The notes beneath the pieces are model-generated. The model saw only the letters and a list, made by a program, of their open reading frames with translations, had not been told where the DNA came from and made no database searches. From a virus, in the IMG/VR virus record IMGVR_UViG_3300012211_000003, positions 5,894 to 69,893 of that record: a stretch of 64,000 nt of DNA; one strand, given 5' to 3'. Positions 1 through 8,839 of the stretch are shown here, one piece after another (the first letter of the stretch is position 1; each line of letters starts with the position of its first letter). A program made the translations under genes and the position numbers.

Positions 1-507
1 CGAGCCAATGAAGCGCAGTTGCGGCCTAGAAATGAAGAACAGAGGTTTTTCAAGCAGTGGCAAGGGGAGGCCGACTCAGCGACCGCACACCTAAAGACCC
101 TGGCAGGAATCGGAGCGCCAAAGGCAGATGTTGATAATCAGAGACTCAGATTGACGGACGCGCTGGTTCATCTCGGAAGGTTCGAGGAAGCATTACTAAC
201 TGCCCCAGATGACCAGACGCGTCACCATGTCAGGAAAGTCATTGCGGCAGTTGATAAGGATGATTCACGGGTCTGTAAATGCGGCGACGTTTCACGTGTA
301 ACAAAAGTCGGGGAAGGCATACTTCCTGGTTCGCATAAGAAAGATTCGATCTTTAGCCCGGTCCATAACAAGATTACACCCGTGGTGGTCTGCGCGAAAT
401 GCGGATCGATGAACGTCACCCCGGCTGTTCCGGTTCATCATCAGGGATTTGAAAAGACTCAGGCTGAGAAAGAGGCTTTTTCGCGGTACGTCAATCGGCA
501 GAGGTAA
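1..507 (+). CDS. Hypothetical protein, 5'-partial; TPR-like helix plus C-terminal Cys-rich (CxC...CxxC) segment
   Basis: Frame is open from base 1 (RANEAQLRPRNEE...) to TAA at 505-507; next ATG follows at 509. Confidence 0.6.
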   Translation, partial: RANEAQLRPRNEEQRFFKQWQGEADSATAHLKTLAGIGAPKADVDNQRLRLTDALVHLGRFEEALLTAPDDQTRHHVRKVIAAVDKDDSRVCKCGDVSRVTKVGEGILPGSHKKDSIFSPVHNKITPVVVCAKCGSMNVTPAVPVHHQGFEKTQAEKEAFSRYVNRQR

Positions 508-508
508 G

Positions 509-2353
509 ATGGCGATCTTTCGGCAATTCGTACAGTTCGTGGAAGGATTTATCGGCGCAGCAATAGTTAGCCTGGCGCTGACCGTCAACCACATTATCAG
601 TCCGTCTCAGAACGTGCTGTACGATTCGCTGGGAATCCTGACGACCTTCAGGGGTAGCTCTGCCGGTCCTACAAATGTCGGTGGTCAGTATCTCCATCCT
701 CTCGGCGACACCTTTGCGACCTCAAACGGTGGAAATGTCATTCAGTATCTCGGAAAATCCGCGTGGTTTATCGGCGGCTCTGGAGCGGTCAAGACCACAG
801 ACCCGACAACTCCGTCAACAATTGTCACGATTGGTACAGGCGGCTCACTCCTTCAGATAGCGATTGTCTCTGCTGGTCACTACATCACGGCGGTCCAGGC
901 CGGGTTGATTGCACCGGCAGCGGTAACCATCGCCGGACGGTCATCGCTGGGTGCGGGTTTCACTGGTAAAAACACCGGGATTTACTCAATAGTAATTACG
1001 AAAGTTCGATCATCGACTGGGGCTGAGAGCTTGGCATCCGATTCGTCAAATGTCATCTCGGTAACCAGCCAATCGATTCGAGTGGAGTTTGGCTCAGCGC
1101 CGACCGATGGATCAGACCTGTATATCATTTATGCGACTGGTGCGGGCTTTGGAACCTCAGGACCATACTTCAAATTAATGGAGGTCACTGAAGCTACGGT
1201 AAATGCGTCGACAACCGATAGCATTGCGCGGGCAATTGAGATCGAATGGGCAGACTCAGACCTGTTGCCGATCAAGCCTCCGCTCGACAACTTCCCACCG
1301 GAAGCCGGGAACTTCGTGTTCACGCTCGGTAACGTAATGTGTGTGGCGGGTACCTTTGGCGGCGTCGGGCTGTCGGTCTCTGTACCGGGTCAGCCAGAGG
1401 CATTCCCGCCAGATTTCGCGTCGTTCCTTCCAGAACAGATCATCGGAGTAGCCAAAGGTCGCGCTCAGAATGGGTTTGCTTATCTTCTGTGCGCCAACTC
1501 GGTTCACGCAGCGATGTATACCGGCGCTCCCGGCGCTCCTGTAATCGTTAGACCGGTCTGGGATACTATAGGCTGTTCTGGTCCGGCGTCGGCTTGTGTT
1601 GCCGGAACGACTCTCTATATGGCAACCCCTGATGGTTCGCTTGTTCGGACGGGCACCAGCGGCGAGCCCGATACACTCTTTGGAACGCCAATCGACGCTC
1701 AGATAACCGGCTGGACTCCCGCGAATATTGTGGTCGCTAATGACATAAAGCGGAAGCAGGTTGCATTTATTCACGGTCAGGAAGCATACTTGTGGCAGTT
1801 TAAGAGTACGCCGAGTTCGGACATCATAAGTTCTGGCGTCTCAGTCGGTGGTGATTCACCCGGCGAAAGCGTGTCCCAGGGTCGATGGAGCGGAACAATC
1901 AATCTGGCGGCTGTCACAGGTTCAGGTCAACCAACGGGGACGATCACCAGCGCGATTACTCTTGGTGGACGTCTGAAGATGTTGAGCCACGAATCATCAA
2001 ACTACAATATCTACACCTTGGATGACGGATCGACCGGAGTATCGACATGGTTCTTTACTACTGGTCATCAGGCATTTGGTAATCCGGACATAAAGACTGT
2101 CACTGGTTTCCAACTTGGATACGATTCGACGACAAGTCCGACTATCACGACGACTATCTATAAGAATCTAAATGTCTCGTCCGGTGTTTCAGGGCCATCG
2201 TTTGTGATGGACTCGACAAAGAAGATTACGAGCTGGCAACCTACGAACATCGATCAATGTGAGTTCGCGGCAATCAAGCTGGCGGGAGTCGGCGCAAACC
2301 AGAAACTGCGATTCCTTCAGGTCAAAGGCTATTCATCGGGGGTCAAAATATGA
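509..2353 (+). CDS. Putative tail nozzle / DNA-stabilisation protein (P22 gp10 / T7 gp12-like position), beta-rich
   Basis: GAGG then ATG at 509; 614 aa rich in G/S/T with propeller-like segments (SVSVPGQPEAFP, TIGCSGPASAC); position in the structural cluster. Confidence 0.55.
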   Translation: MAIFRQFVQFVEGFIGAAIVSLALTVNHIISPSQNVLYDSLGILTTFRGSSAGPTNVGGQYLHPLGDTFATSNGGNVIQYLGKSAWFIGGSGAVKTTDPTTPSTIVTIGTGGSLLQIAIVSAGHYITAVQAGLIAPAAVTIAGRSSLGAGFTGKNTGIYSIVITKVRSSTGAESLASDSSNVISVTSQSIRVEFGSAPTDGSDLYIIYATGAGFGTSGPYFKLMEVTEATVNASTTDSIARAIEIEWADSDLLPIKPPLDNFPPEAGNFVFTLGNVMCVAGTFGGVGLSVSVPGQPEAFPPDFASFLPEQIIGVAKGRAQNGFAYLLCANSVHAAMYTGAPGAPVIVRPVWDTIGCSGPASACVAGTTLYMATPDGSLVRTGTSGEPDTLFGTPIDAQITGWTPANIVVANDIKRKQVAFIHGQEAYLWQFKSTPSSDIISSGVSVGGDSPGESVSQGRWSGTINLAAVTGSGQPTGTITSAITLGGRLKMLSHESSNYNIYTLDDGSTGVSTWFFTTGHQAFGNPDIKTVTGFQLGYDSTTSPTITTTIYKNLNVSSGVSGPSFVMDSTKKITSWQPTNIDQCEFAAIKLAGVGANQKLRFLQVKGYSSGVKI

Positions 2354-3855
2354 TTTCCAATGACGCCTTGATGAAATTGCGGTTTGAAGAACTCCAGCAG
2401 CAGGTGCGCGATCTTCAGACACAGACACAGACCCTGCAGGAGCAGGTTGCCTCTGGAGCGACCGGAACGCCTGGTGCGCCATCATCCGGGTCGACAGTCC
2501 CGACTGGCGATATAGTGAATCAACTCCGTAACTCCGACTTCACTTATCCCGATTCGACTTACAACCCGACATCAACCTACGCGGCGAAGGCAGACCGACC
2601 GGCAGACTGGTACGCGCGACTGGCGACAACCGCAACTCAGTTCACGGAAAACAATGGCGCCACTGAGTCGCCGGAGTCCGTCAAGCTTCTGAAGTTCTCA
2701 AATACCGGGGCGATCACCACAGGGACAAAGAATCTTGCGGTCTCTGATTCGCTATTCGTTGCCGGAGATGCCACGAGCGAGGTCACGATTTCCGGGGCGG
2801 GAGCATCCGGAGGAATTCATGATTCGATAATCGACACATTCACCGACGCTAATCATGTGGTCATCCATGACAACGCCATCGATTCGGTCATTCAGGCACT
2901 TACCAGGGTATGGCCTGCCAGCACTCCCACGGCATGGAATAGACAGCGCGGGACAATCGAACTCGGTGGAGGATGGTGTATAGCTTCTCCACTTATCCAG
3001 AACCTTCCAGATCCCGGAAAGACTCTGTTTGGTCAGGCGATATTCAAGTTGAATAGCGATGCCGGGATTACGAGTCTGCCAGCGGGAACCGGTTTGCAGT
3101 TCTCGTTGTGGGACAATACTTCGACGATCAAAGCTACAGTCGAGGGCGCGGTATTCGATATTACCGGATCGATCATCAGCGGGGCGGGCGCGGTCACTCG
3201 TTATTACATTCTCGAGGTCGTGATTTCCGAGTCCGAGACTTTCTTTTCGAATGTCGCATCGCCGTTGACAATCGCCAGCACGCCAGACCCGACGAATATA
3301 AGTCCGGGGCAAATAAAGGTCTCCTGGCAGAAATTTAGCGCGGCGTTCAAGTACAGACTTTGGCGGGCAGATAGTGTTATAGGCGCTACTCATTTCTATC
3401 TGGTTGAAGAGGTCGAAACCGGAGTCACTGAGGTCAACGATAACGGTGGTCGAAACGGGACATCGAGAACGATTGCGGCAAAAAACCAGAAAGCACTGGC
3501 GATTTTCAAGGATTTCAGTGCCCAGATAACCACCGATTGGCAACGCGCGTTCTTTCCGATCAACGTTCCGACGACCTATAACAAGGCAGCGACAACAGAC
3601 AAGCTCTGGCTTCGGATAGATTTCGTGGACTCAACTGGCGCATATGTCGCGGTCGACCCGCTGGCGGTTGCAATTGACAGAGTCGGATGGTCAAATAGCC
3701 GCGGGAACTGGGCAGCGTCTTCGCTCGACATCGGATCAGGAGCGCAGATAGTATCTGGAAGCCCTGACCCCACAGCCGGCGGCGGTGGCGGAGATCCGGG
3801 AGATGGCGGAGGTGGAGTCGGAGGGAGAGGGGAGATCGGCTTCCTGCCGTTCTAA
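2350..3855 (+). CDS. Virion structural protein (N-terminal coiled coil, beta-rich body, Gly-rich C-terminus)
   Basis: ATGA overlap with the upstream gene; 501 aa ORF. Confidence 0.6.
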   Translation: MISNDALMKLRFEELQQQVRDLQTQTQTLQEQVASGATGTPGAPSSGSTVPTGDIVNQLRNSDFTYPDSTYNPTSTYAAKADRPADWYARLATTATQFTENNGATESPESVKLLKFSNTGAITTGTKNLAVSDSLFVAGDATSEVTISGAGASGGIHDSIIDTFTDANHVVIHDNAIDSVIQALTRVWPASTPTAWNRQRGTIELGGGWCIASPLIQNLPDPGKTLFGQAIFKLNSDAGITSLPAGTGLQFSLWDNTSTIKATVEGAVFDITGSIISGAGAVTRYYILEVVISESETFFSNVASPLTIASTPDPTNISPGQIKVSWQKFSAAFKYRLWRADSVIGATHFYLVEEVETGVTEVNDNGGRNGTSRTIAAKNQKALAIFKDFSAQITTDWQRAFFPINVPTTYNKAATTDKLWLRIDFVDSTGAYVAVDPLAVAIDRVGWSNSRGNWAASSLDIGSGAQIVSGSPDPTAGGGGGDPGDGGGGVGGRGEIGFLPF

Positions 3856-3859
3856 AAAT

Positions 3860-4417
3860 ATGCCACATAAAGCAGAGCAACAGAAAGCCGATGCCTATCA
3901 GTCACAACAGCAGACGGCGACCAACACGGCTATTCAAGCGGCTGGACCTGATCCGTATATCGAAGCAGCAAAGAAACACGCGGCTGGCGAACTGGAGGGG
4001 ATGGGCAAGGGCGACTTCAGCGGTATAGACGAGGTATCGAACATCAACACTGCGGCGAATCGGGTTAGATCGATGTCCCGGACGCCCATCGGTGACGCCG
4101 AACTCGGGAAGTACTCGGCTGACCCGAATTACACCCAGCAACTCGATAGTTATAACAAGCGGGTGTTTGATGCCTCGGTCGGTGATGCCACACTCGGCGC
4201 CGTCGAAGATGCGCGAAACTATGATACCAACTTGCTTTTACAGGGTGGGGCTCAAGGACTTCAGGCGCGGCAGGGTCAGGCAAACGCTTACGAAGGAACC
4301 CTTGGGGTAGCCCAACAGGGCGTTCAGTTTAGTCGTCGTCCATCGTTCTGGTCACAATTGGCGCTGGCTGGAGCTGGCGCAGCCGGGCAAATAGGCGGAG
4401 CGTACGCAGGTAAGTAG
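3860..4417 (+). CDS. Putative ejection / internal virion protein
   Basis: ATG at 3860 just after the upstream stop; A/Q/G-rich helical sequence with a Gly-Ala hydrophobic C-terminus, typical of podophage pilot proteins. Confidence 0.55.
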   Translation: MPHKAEQQKADAYQSQQQTATNTAIQAAGPDPYIEAAKKHAAGELEGMGKGDFSGIDEVSNINTAANRVRSMSRTPIGDAELGKYSADPNYTQQLDSYNKRVFDASVGDATLGAVEDARNYDTNLLLQGGAQGLQARQGQANAYEGTLGVAQQGVQFSRRPSFWSQLALAGAGAAGQIGGAYAGK

Positions 4418-5131
4418 ATGCTAATAACCATCGCGTCGGACATTCTGAAATACTGGGACTCGCCTGAACTGGCGGTCGAGCTGTGGATAATCGCCAAACA
4501 ATCGTTCGTGGCTGTCGATGGCGTCAATCAGGTGTCCATCCAGGCTTCGGGTTTCGAAGGCGATTTCAAACAGCGAATAACCTGCACGCCGGATTTGAAC
4601 GCCAAAACCCTGAGTATCCCATCGGCTGTACTCTACTCGACGACCGATGCGGCAACGCCAACGGGAACATTTGCGAAGTACGGAGCGAAGTTTTATACAC
4701 CAGATGGAACGTCCTTGGCGGATTTCGGGAAGCTAACCGACTTCTTTTTGACTCACACCCGGATGTCCACAACCTGGGAGTTGGTCGAGATCGATAACGA
4801 CGTTCCGATCAACAGGTTTCAGAACTACCGGGATTTCTTTATCTCACAGACCGGTCGAATGGGCTGGGTTGGTCGAGAACTGGACAATGGGGAGATTTCA
4901 CCAAATGTTGACAACTGCGACTGGCTCGGCACGAACAACACGACGCCGCAGGTACTTAATCCGGCTGGCTTCACGAATTCGCGAAAGGGTCAGCGGCTTA
5001 GCTTTATTTTTGGGGATGCCGTCACTCAGTATCCGACCACTCAGGGAAATCTGAGTTTCGGAATCGGCAGTATTCTGACAGTCAGGTACAACGGAACAGC
5101 CTGGTTATTCGAAAGTATGATCCAACAATAG
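4418..5131 (+). CDS. Hypothetical structural protein
   Basis: Abuts the upstream stop (TAGATG); 237 aa. Confidence 0.6.
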   Translation: MLITIASDILKYWDSPELAVELWIIAKQSFVAVDGVNQVSIQASGFEGDFKQRITCTPDLNAKTLSIPSAVLYSTTDAATPTGTFAKYGAKFYTPDGTSLADFGKLTDFFLTHTRMSTTWELVEIDNDVPINRFQNYRDFFISQTGRMGWVGRELDNGEISPNVDNCDWLGTNNTTPQVLNPAGFTNSRKGQRLSFIFGDAVTQYPTTQGNLSFGIGSILTVRYNGTAWLFESMIQQ

Positions 5132-5138
5132 GAGCGTT

Positions 5139-5495
5139 ATGCCCGGACAATTCTCAGGAACAGTAACATTGACAGCGGCGGACACGAAGTATCTGCTTTC
5201 GGACTTGATAAAAGCGGTCGATTCGACAGCCGAGTTCAGTGTCAGTGAATTGACAGTCAAGTCGGATGACACGGTTCCAAATACCGCTCCGATCTTCAAA
5301 GGATCTTCACGGATGGTCAGCCCCGGCGCTGGACTCCCTCCGGTTGATTACGGTCGGAAGCTGGACGTTGGTGACAGTTTCACTATAGGTCAAGGAGCAG
5401 AGGGCAACGCCGTGGATACCTCGAATAAGAAGCTCTATTACTTTATGTCGACGGCGGCGGGCCAGAAGATGCACGTTGATACGGTGGTGAAATGA
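5139..5495 (+). CDS. Small beta-rich structural protein
   Basis: AGGAG SD upstream; 118 aa. Confidence 0.65.
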   Translation: MPGQFSGTVTLTAADTKYLLSDLIKAVDSTAEFSVSELTVKSDDTVPNTAPIFKGSSRMVSPGAGLPPVDYGRKLDVGDSFTIGQGAEGNAVDTSNKKLYYFMSTAAGQKMHVDTVVK

Positions 5496-6901
5496 GAATC
5501 AAATTATTAATACTACTGGTCCTGCTGTTCTGCGGAGTCGCCGATGCCCAGGACTCGCAATCAGCGGCCCGTCGAATAAAGGTCGTGGCGACACTTCCGG
5601 CGACCTGCTTGACGACCACCGCACAGAAAGACGTGGTAATCAAGACCGGCGCGACACCGGGATTATATTACTGTGCGGCCGATGGAGCTAGCTGGACACA
5701 GGACGCGGGCAGCACTGGTATAACCAACGGGGCCGGGAATAATGTAATCACCAAGTCGAATGGTACGAATATCGTCGCGTCTGGACTGACCGATGACGGA
5801 ACGACGGTTACGTCTGCTGAGAACCTTGCGCTTGGGTCAAATAGCCTGACAATGACTGGCTCGCTGGGTGCAACAGGTGCCCGATTGACCAAGGGCTGGT
5901 TTACCGATCTCCAGGTAACTAATGCTATTGCCGGTAGTATCACTGGAAACGCAGCGACGGTCACGACAAACGCCAATCTGACCGGTCCAATAACCTCGTC
6001 TGGAAACGCAACGTCAATCGCCTCACAGACGGGGACCGGCACAACGTTCGTAGTCAACACGTCGCCAACGCTGGTTACACCTAACATCGGAGTGGCGACT
6101 GCTACGTCGCTGGCGTCTGGCGCGATCACCGATAGCTCAACATTCGTTCAAACCAGCAATTCAGCGGCAGCATTCGAGTCCGGTCCAAATGGTTCGACAA
6201 ATCCAGTTGTTAGAATAAAGACAAATACTGCGTCACAAGCTGATGGTATCCAGATTGACGGCCTTGCTGCTGGTTCTGGCACGACTATCACGGCGCTGTC
6301 GAGTGGATCGAATTCACCAATAACCCTTACGCCAAAAGGAAATGGCGCGGTTGTTCTTCCTCCCGGCCCTGACACGGCCACGAATGGCTTGGGGTTCACC
6401 GGGTTTACGAATATCGGCATCGGCGCCGGCAGTAACGCTCTCAGGTTGTTCAATAATGGCGAGCGTTTTGCTATCACAAGCTCTGGGATGATTACCTACA
6501 GCACGGCCCTCATCGGCTTTTCCAGCAGTGGAACAGTCGAGGGGACGATGGATGTTGCGATATATCGTAACGCTGCGGGCAAACTGGAGGTCAACAGCGG
6601 TACAGCCGGAACGTTTCGCGATCTGATCGTCCGTCAGTATTTTGCCGACTCGACAGCGGCTGGGTCTACTGGCGCGCAGACAATAAATAAAAGCGTCTTC
6701 TCCGTTCAATTCGCCGGGGCGGCCACGTCCCTTGTAGTCACAAACAGTCTGGTGTCGACGGCAAGTTTTCCGATCTGCACGGTTAACACGAATGACACAA
6801 CGATGAAGAGCGTGGCGGCTGTGCCGACAAGCGGAACACTGACGCTGACTGCGAACGCGGCAGCGACCGGAACAACGGTCGTTAGTTGCGTAATTCACTG
6901 A
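5492..6901 (+). CDS. Fibre-like T/S/G/A-rich protein with Sec signal peptide
   Basis: MRIKLLILLVLLFCGVADA|Q signal; fibre-like motifs (TSPTLVTPNIGVATATS, ITGNAATVT). Confidence 0.65.
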   Translation: MRIKLLILLVLLFCGVADAQDSQSAARRIKVVATLPATCLTTTAQKDVVIKTGATPGLYYCAADGASWTQDAGSTGITNGAGNNVITKSNGTNIVASGLTDDGTTVTSAENLALGSNSLTMTGSLGATGARLTKGWFTDLQVTNAIAGSITGNAATVTTNANLTGPITSSGNATSIASQTGTGTTFVVNTSPTLVTPNIGVATATSLASGAITDSSTFVQTSNSAAAFESGPNGSTNPVVRIKTNTASQADGIQIDGLAAGSGTTITALSSGSNSPITLTPKGNGAVVLPPGPDTATNGLGFTGFTNIGIGAGSNALRLFNNGERFAITSSGMITYSTALIGFSSSGTVEGTMDVAIYRNAAGKLEVNSGTAGTFRDLIVRQYFADSTAAGSTGAQTINKSVFSVQFAGAATSLVVTNSLVSTASFPICTVNTNDTTMKSVAAVPTSGTLTLTANAAATGTTVVSCVIH

Positions 6902-6913
6902 GGAAGGTCCATC

Positions 6914-7315
6914 ATGAAAGTGAAAAACATCTGTTTATTTTTGGTCATACTGTTGGCTGGATTTCTGGCTGGTACATTAGCGGATCGGCATTTACACTCG
7001 TCGGCGTCTACCAATGGACTAGTTGAGTCTACGCCAGCACCATTGGTCACTCCGGGCGCTCCGACGACCTTTACGGCAACTGCGACTATCACAATGACGC
7101 TGGGCAGCTCCACGGTCGATCAGGCTACCGCGAACGCATTGCGAGCGGCTGTGCTGCTGGATTACTGCAAGGCGAAGGGGCTTGACCAAACCAGTCCCGG
7201 AACGTCAGTCGATACCGACGTGAAGGCGCTGCTTAAAGCTATCGTCGTCGGCTATCGAGCCGATCAGGCCGGAGTGACACAGAGAGCCGTAGATAACGCG
7301 GCGATTCAACCATAA
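6914..7315 (+). CDS. Exported or membrane-anchored hypothetical protein
   Basis: GAGGAAGG SD; hydrophobic N-terminus MKVKNICLFLVILLAGFLAG. Confidence 0.65.
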   Translation: MKVKNICLFLVILLAGFLAGTLADRHLHSSASTNGLVESTPAPLVTPGAPTTFTATATITMTLGSSTVDQATANALRAAVLLDYCKAKGLDQTSPGTSVDTDVKALLKAIVVGYRADQAGVTQRAVDNAAIQP

Positions 7316-7324
7316 CGAGGTAAA

Positions 7325-8839
7325 ATGTCCGACACCCCAAGACTGCGAGCCCCCAGCGGGCCGACACTGCCAGCAACATGCACGCCTGGACCGCCACAGG
7401 CTGATCAGTTTATAAAGACTGGCAGTAATCACGGTCTTTATATCTGTACCGCTCCGAATGTATGGGAGCTTCAGGCGAACGCTGCGACAGGTGGGGTTAC
7501 CTCGGTCAACGGAGATTCTTCGACTCATCAACTAATTGCGATTGGTTCCGCTGGCAGCGCCCCGAACGTCGATAGTGCCTCGACTCCCGGTACAACCAAA
7601 ATTAATGTTCCAGCCGCCAGTCCGACCGTTGCGGGAATCGTCACCACGGCATCACAGGAATTCGCCGGAGCAAAGACCTTTGATAACGATGTCTCGTGTT
7701 TCGCTACTCTCCACGGACTCGCCGTAGAGACAGGCAACGCCCAGACAAATGTGACCGGCGTTGACATAATGTCCTTTCCGAACGACACAGGAACGGGCAC
7801 GGTCATCAACAGATTGGCGAAGTTATCGAACGGCAAGGCCATCATTCCGACGACCAGCGACCGCGAAGGAATAATCGGCGTCGTCAAGGGACTAGCGGGA
7901 GCGACAGGAAATTGCCAGATTGCGGTCGGTGGAGTCGCGACGGTCGCCACGGACGGAGCATGGACAATCGACAACTACGCGGTGGTCAGTATCTCGGTAG
8001 CTGGTAAGGTCCATGATGGCGGTAACTCCCGACCAACGGACGTACAGGTAATAGGTCGATTTCTCGATACTGGCGGTTCGGCTGGTTTCGCAACTCTATT
8101 GATCTTCACACCTGGAATCGTCTACGGCGGTGGTGGTGGCAGCGGAAATGCCGAACCTCTGGGATACGCGGCAATGATGATCGGCGTTTCGACTCCCAAT
8201 CAGGTCGTGATGCTGCTGCCGATCAATGACTCGTTCACGCTCTCATTTACAGGATCGACAGCAATCGCCGAGGTTGCGGCCACTGCTCAAACGGATTTCC
8301 TGGTCAAAGTCAACGGTGCGACCAAGATGACAATCAGGTTCGCTGCCGCTGGTACAATCGCGTCACTGGTGGGCATCACCTCGGTCAACGTAACTCCCGG
8401 TGACATCGTTAAGATCGTGGGGCCAGCCTCGCCCGATCTCACCTTGGCGAATTGCGCTTTCAATCTGAAAGGTACGTCGAGCGTTCCGGCTTCAACGGTC
8501 GTCGGCATCGCAGACAATATAATTGGTCCGACGACACCGAATCAGAAGATACTTATCTATGTTGCGAATGCTCCATTTACATTGTCGTTCACGGGGTCAA
8601 CGGGTATCGCGGAAGTGGCGGCAACCGCTCAGGCAGATTTTGGAGTTTGGGTTGGCACAGCCACATCGAACGGTACGCTTAAATGTACCTTTAGATTCGC
8701 GGCGTCGGGGACCATTCCGTCGCTGGTTTCGCCTACTTCGACTTCCATTGTTTCAGGTGACGTGATAAGAATAATTGGGCCGGCCACTCCCGATCTGACG
8801 CTGGCAAATATTGCGTTCAACCTGAAAGGACTTACGTGA
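7325..8839 (+). CDS. Head/tail fibre protein: N-terminal Cys module, central capsid-cement-like (DUF2190-type) domain, two tandem C-terminal beta domains
   Basis: GAGGT SD; internal duplication of about 110 aa (FTLSFTGST.IAEVAATAQ...GPA.PDLTLAN.AFNLKG twice). Confidence 0.6.
   Translation: MSDTPRLRAPSGPTLPATCTPGPPQADQFIKTGSNHGLYICTAPNVWELQANAATGGVTSVNGDSSTHQLIAIGSAGSAPNVDSASTPGTTKINVPAASPTVAGIVTTASQEFAGAKTFDNDVSCFATLHGLAVETGNAQTNVTGVDIMSFPNDTGTGTVINRLAKLSNGKAIIPTTSDREGIIGVVKGLAGATGNCQIAVGGVATVATDGAWTIDNYAVVSISVAGKVHDGGNSRPTDVQVIGRFLDTGGSAGFATLLIFTPGIVYGGGGGSGNAEPLGYAAMMIGVSTPNQVVMLLPINDSFTLSFTGSTAIAEVAATAQTDFLVKVNGATKMTIRFAAAGTIASLVGITSVNVTPGDIVKIVGPASPDLTLANCAFNLKGTSSVPASTVVGIADNIIGPTTPNQKILIYVANAPFTLSFTGSTGIAEVAATAQADFGVWVGTATSNGTLKCTFRFAASGTIPSLVSPTSTSIVSGDVIRIIGPATPDLTLANIAFNLKGLT
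8160..8836 (+). repeat. Two diverged tandem copies of a ~110-codon domain
   Basis: About 8160-8477 versus 8500-8836; shared DNA tracts such as CCCGATCT.AC..TGGC.AAT. Confidence 0.85.

Noticed and set aside
8160-8836. Diversity-generating retroelement TR/VR pair
   Set aside because: The differences are not adenine-specific, both copies are in one ORF, and no reverse transcriptase is present in the window.
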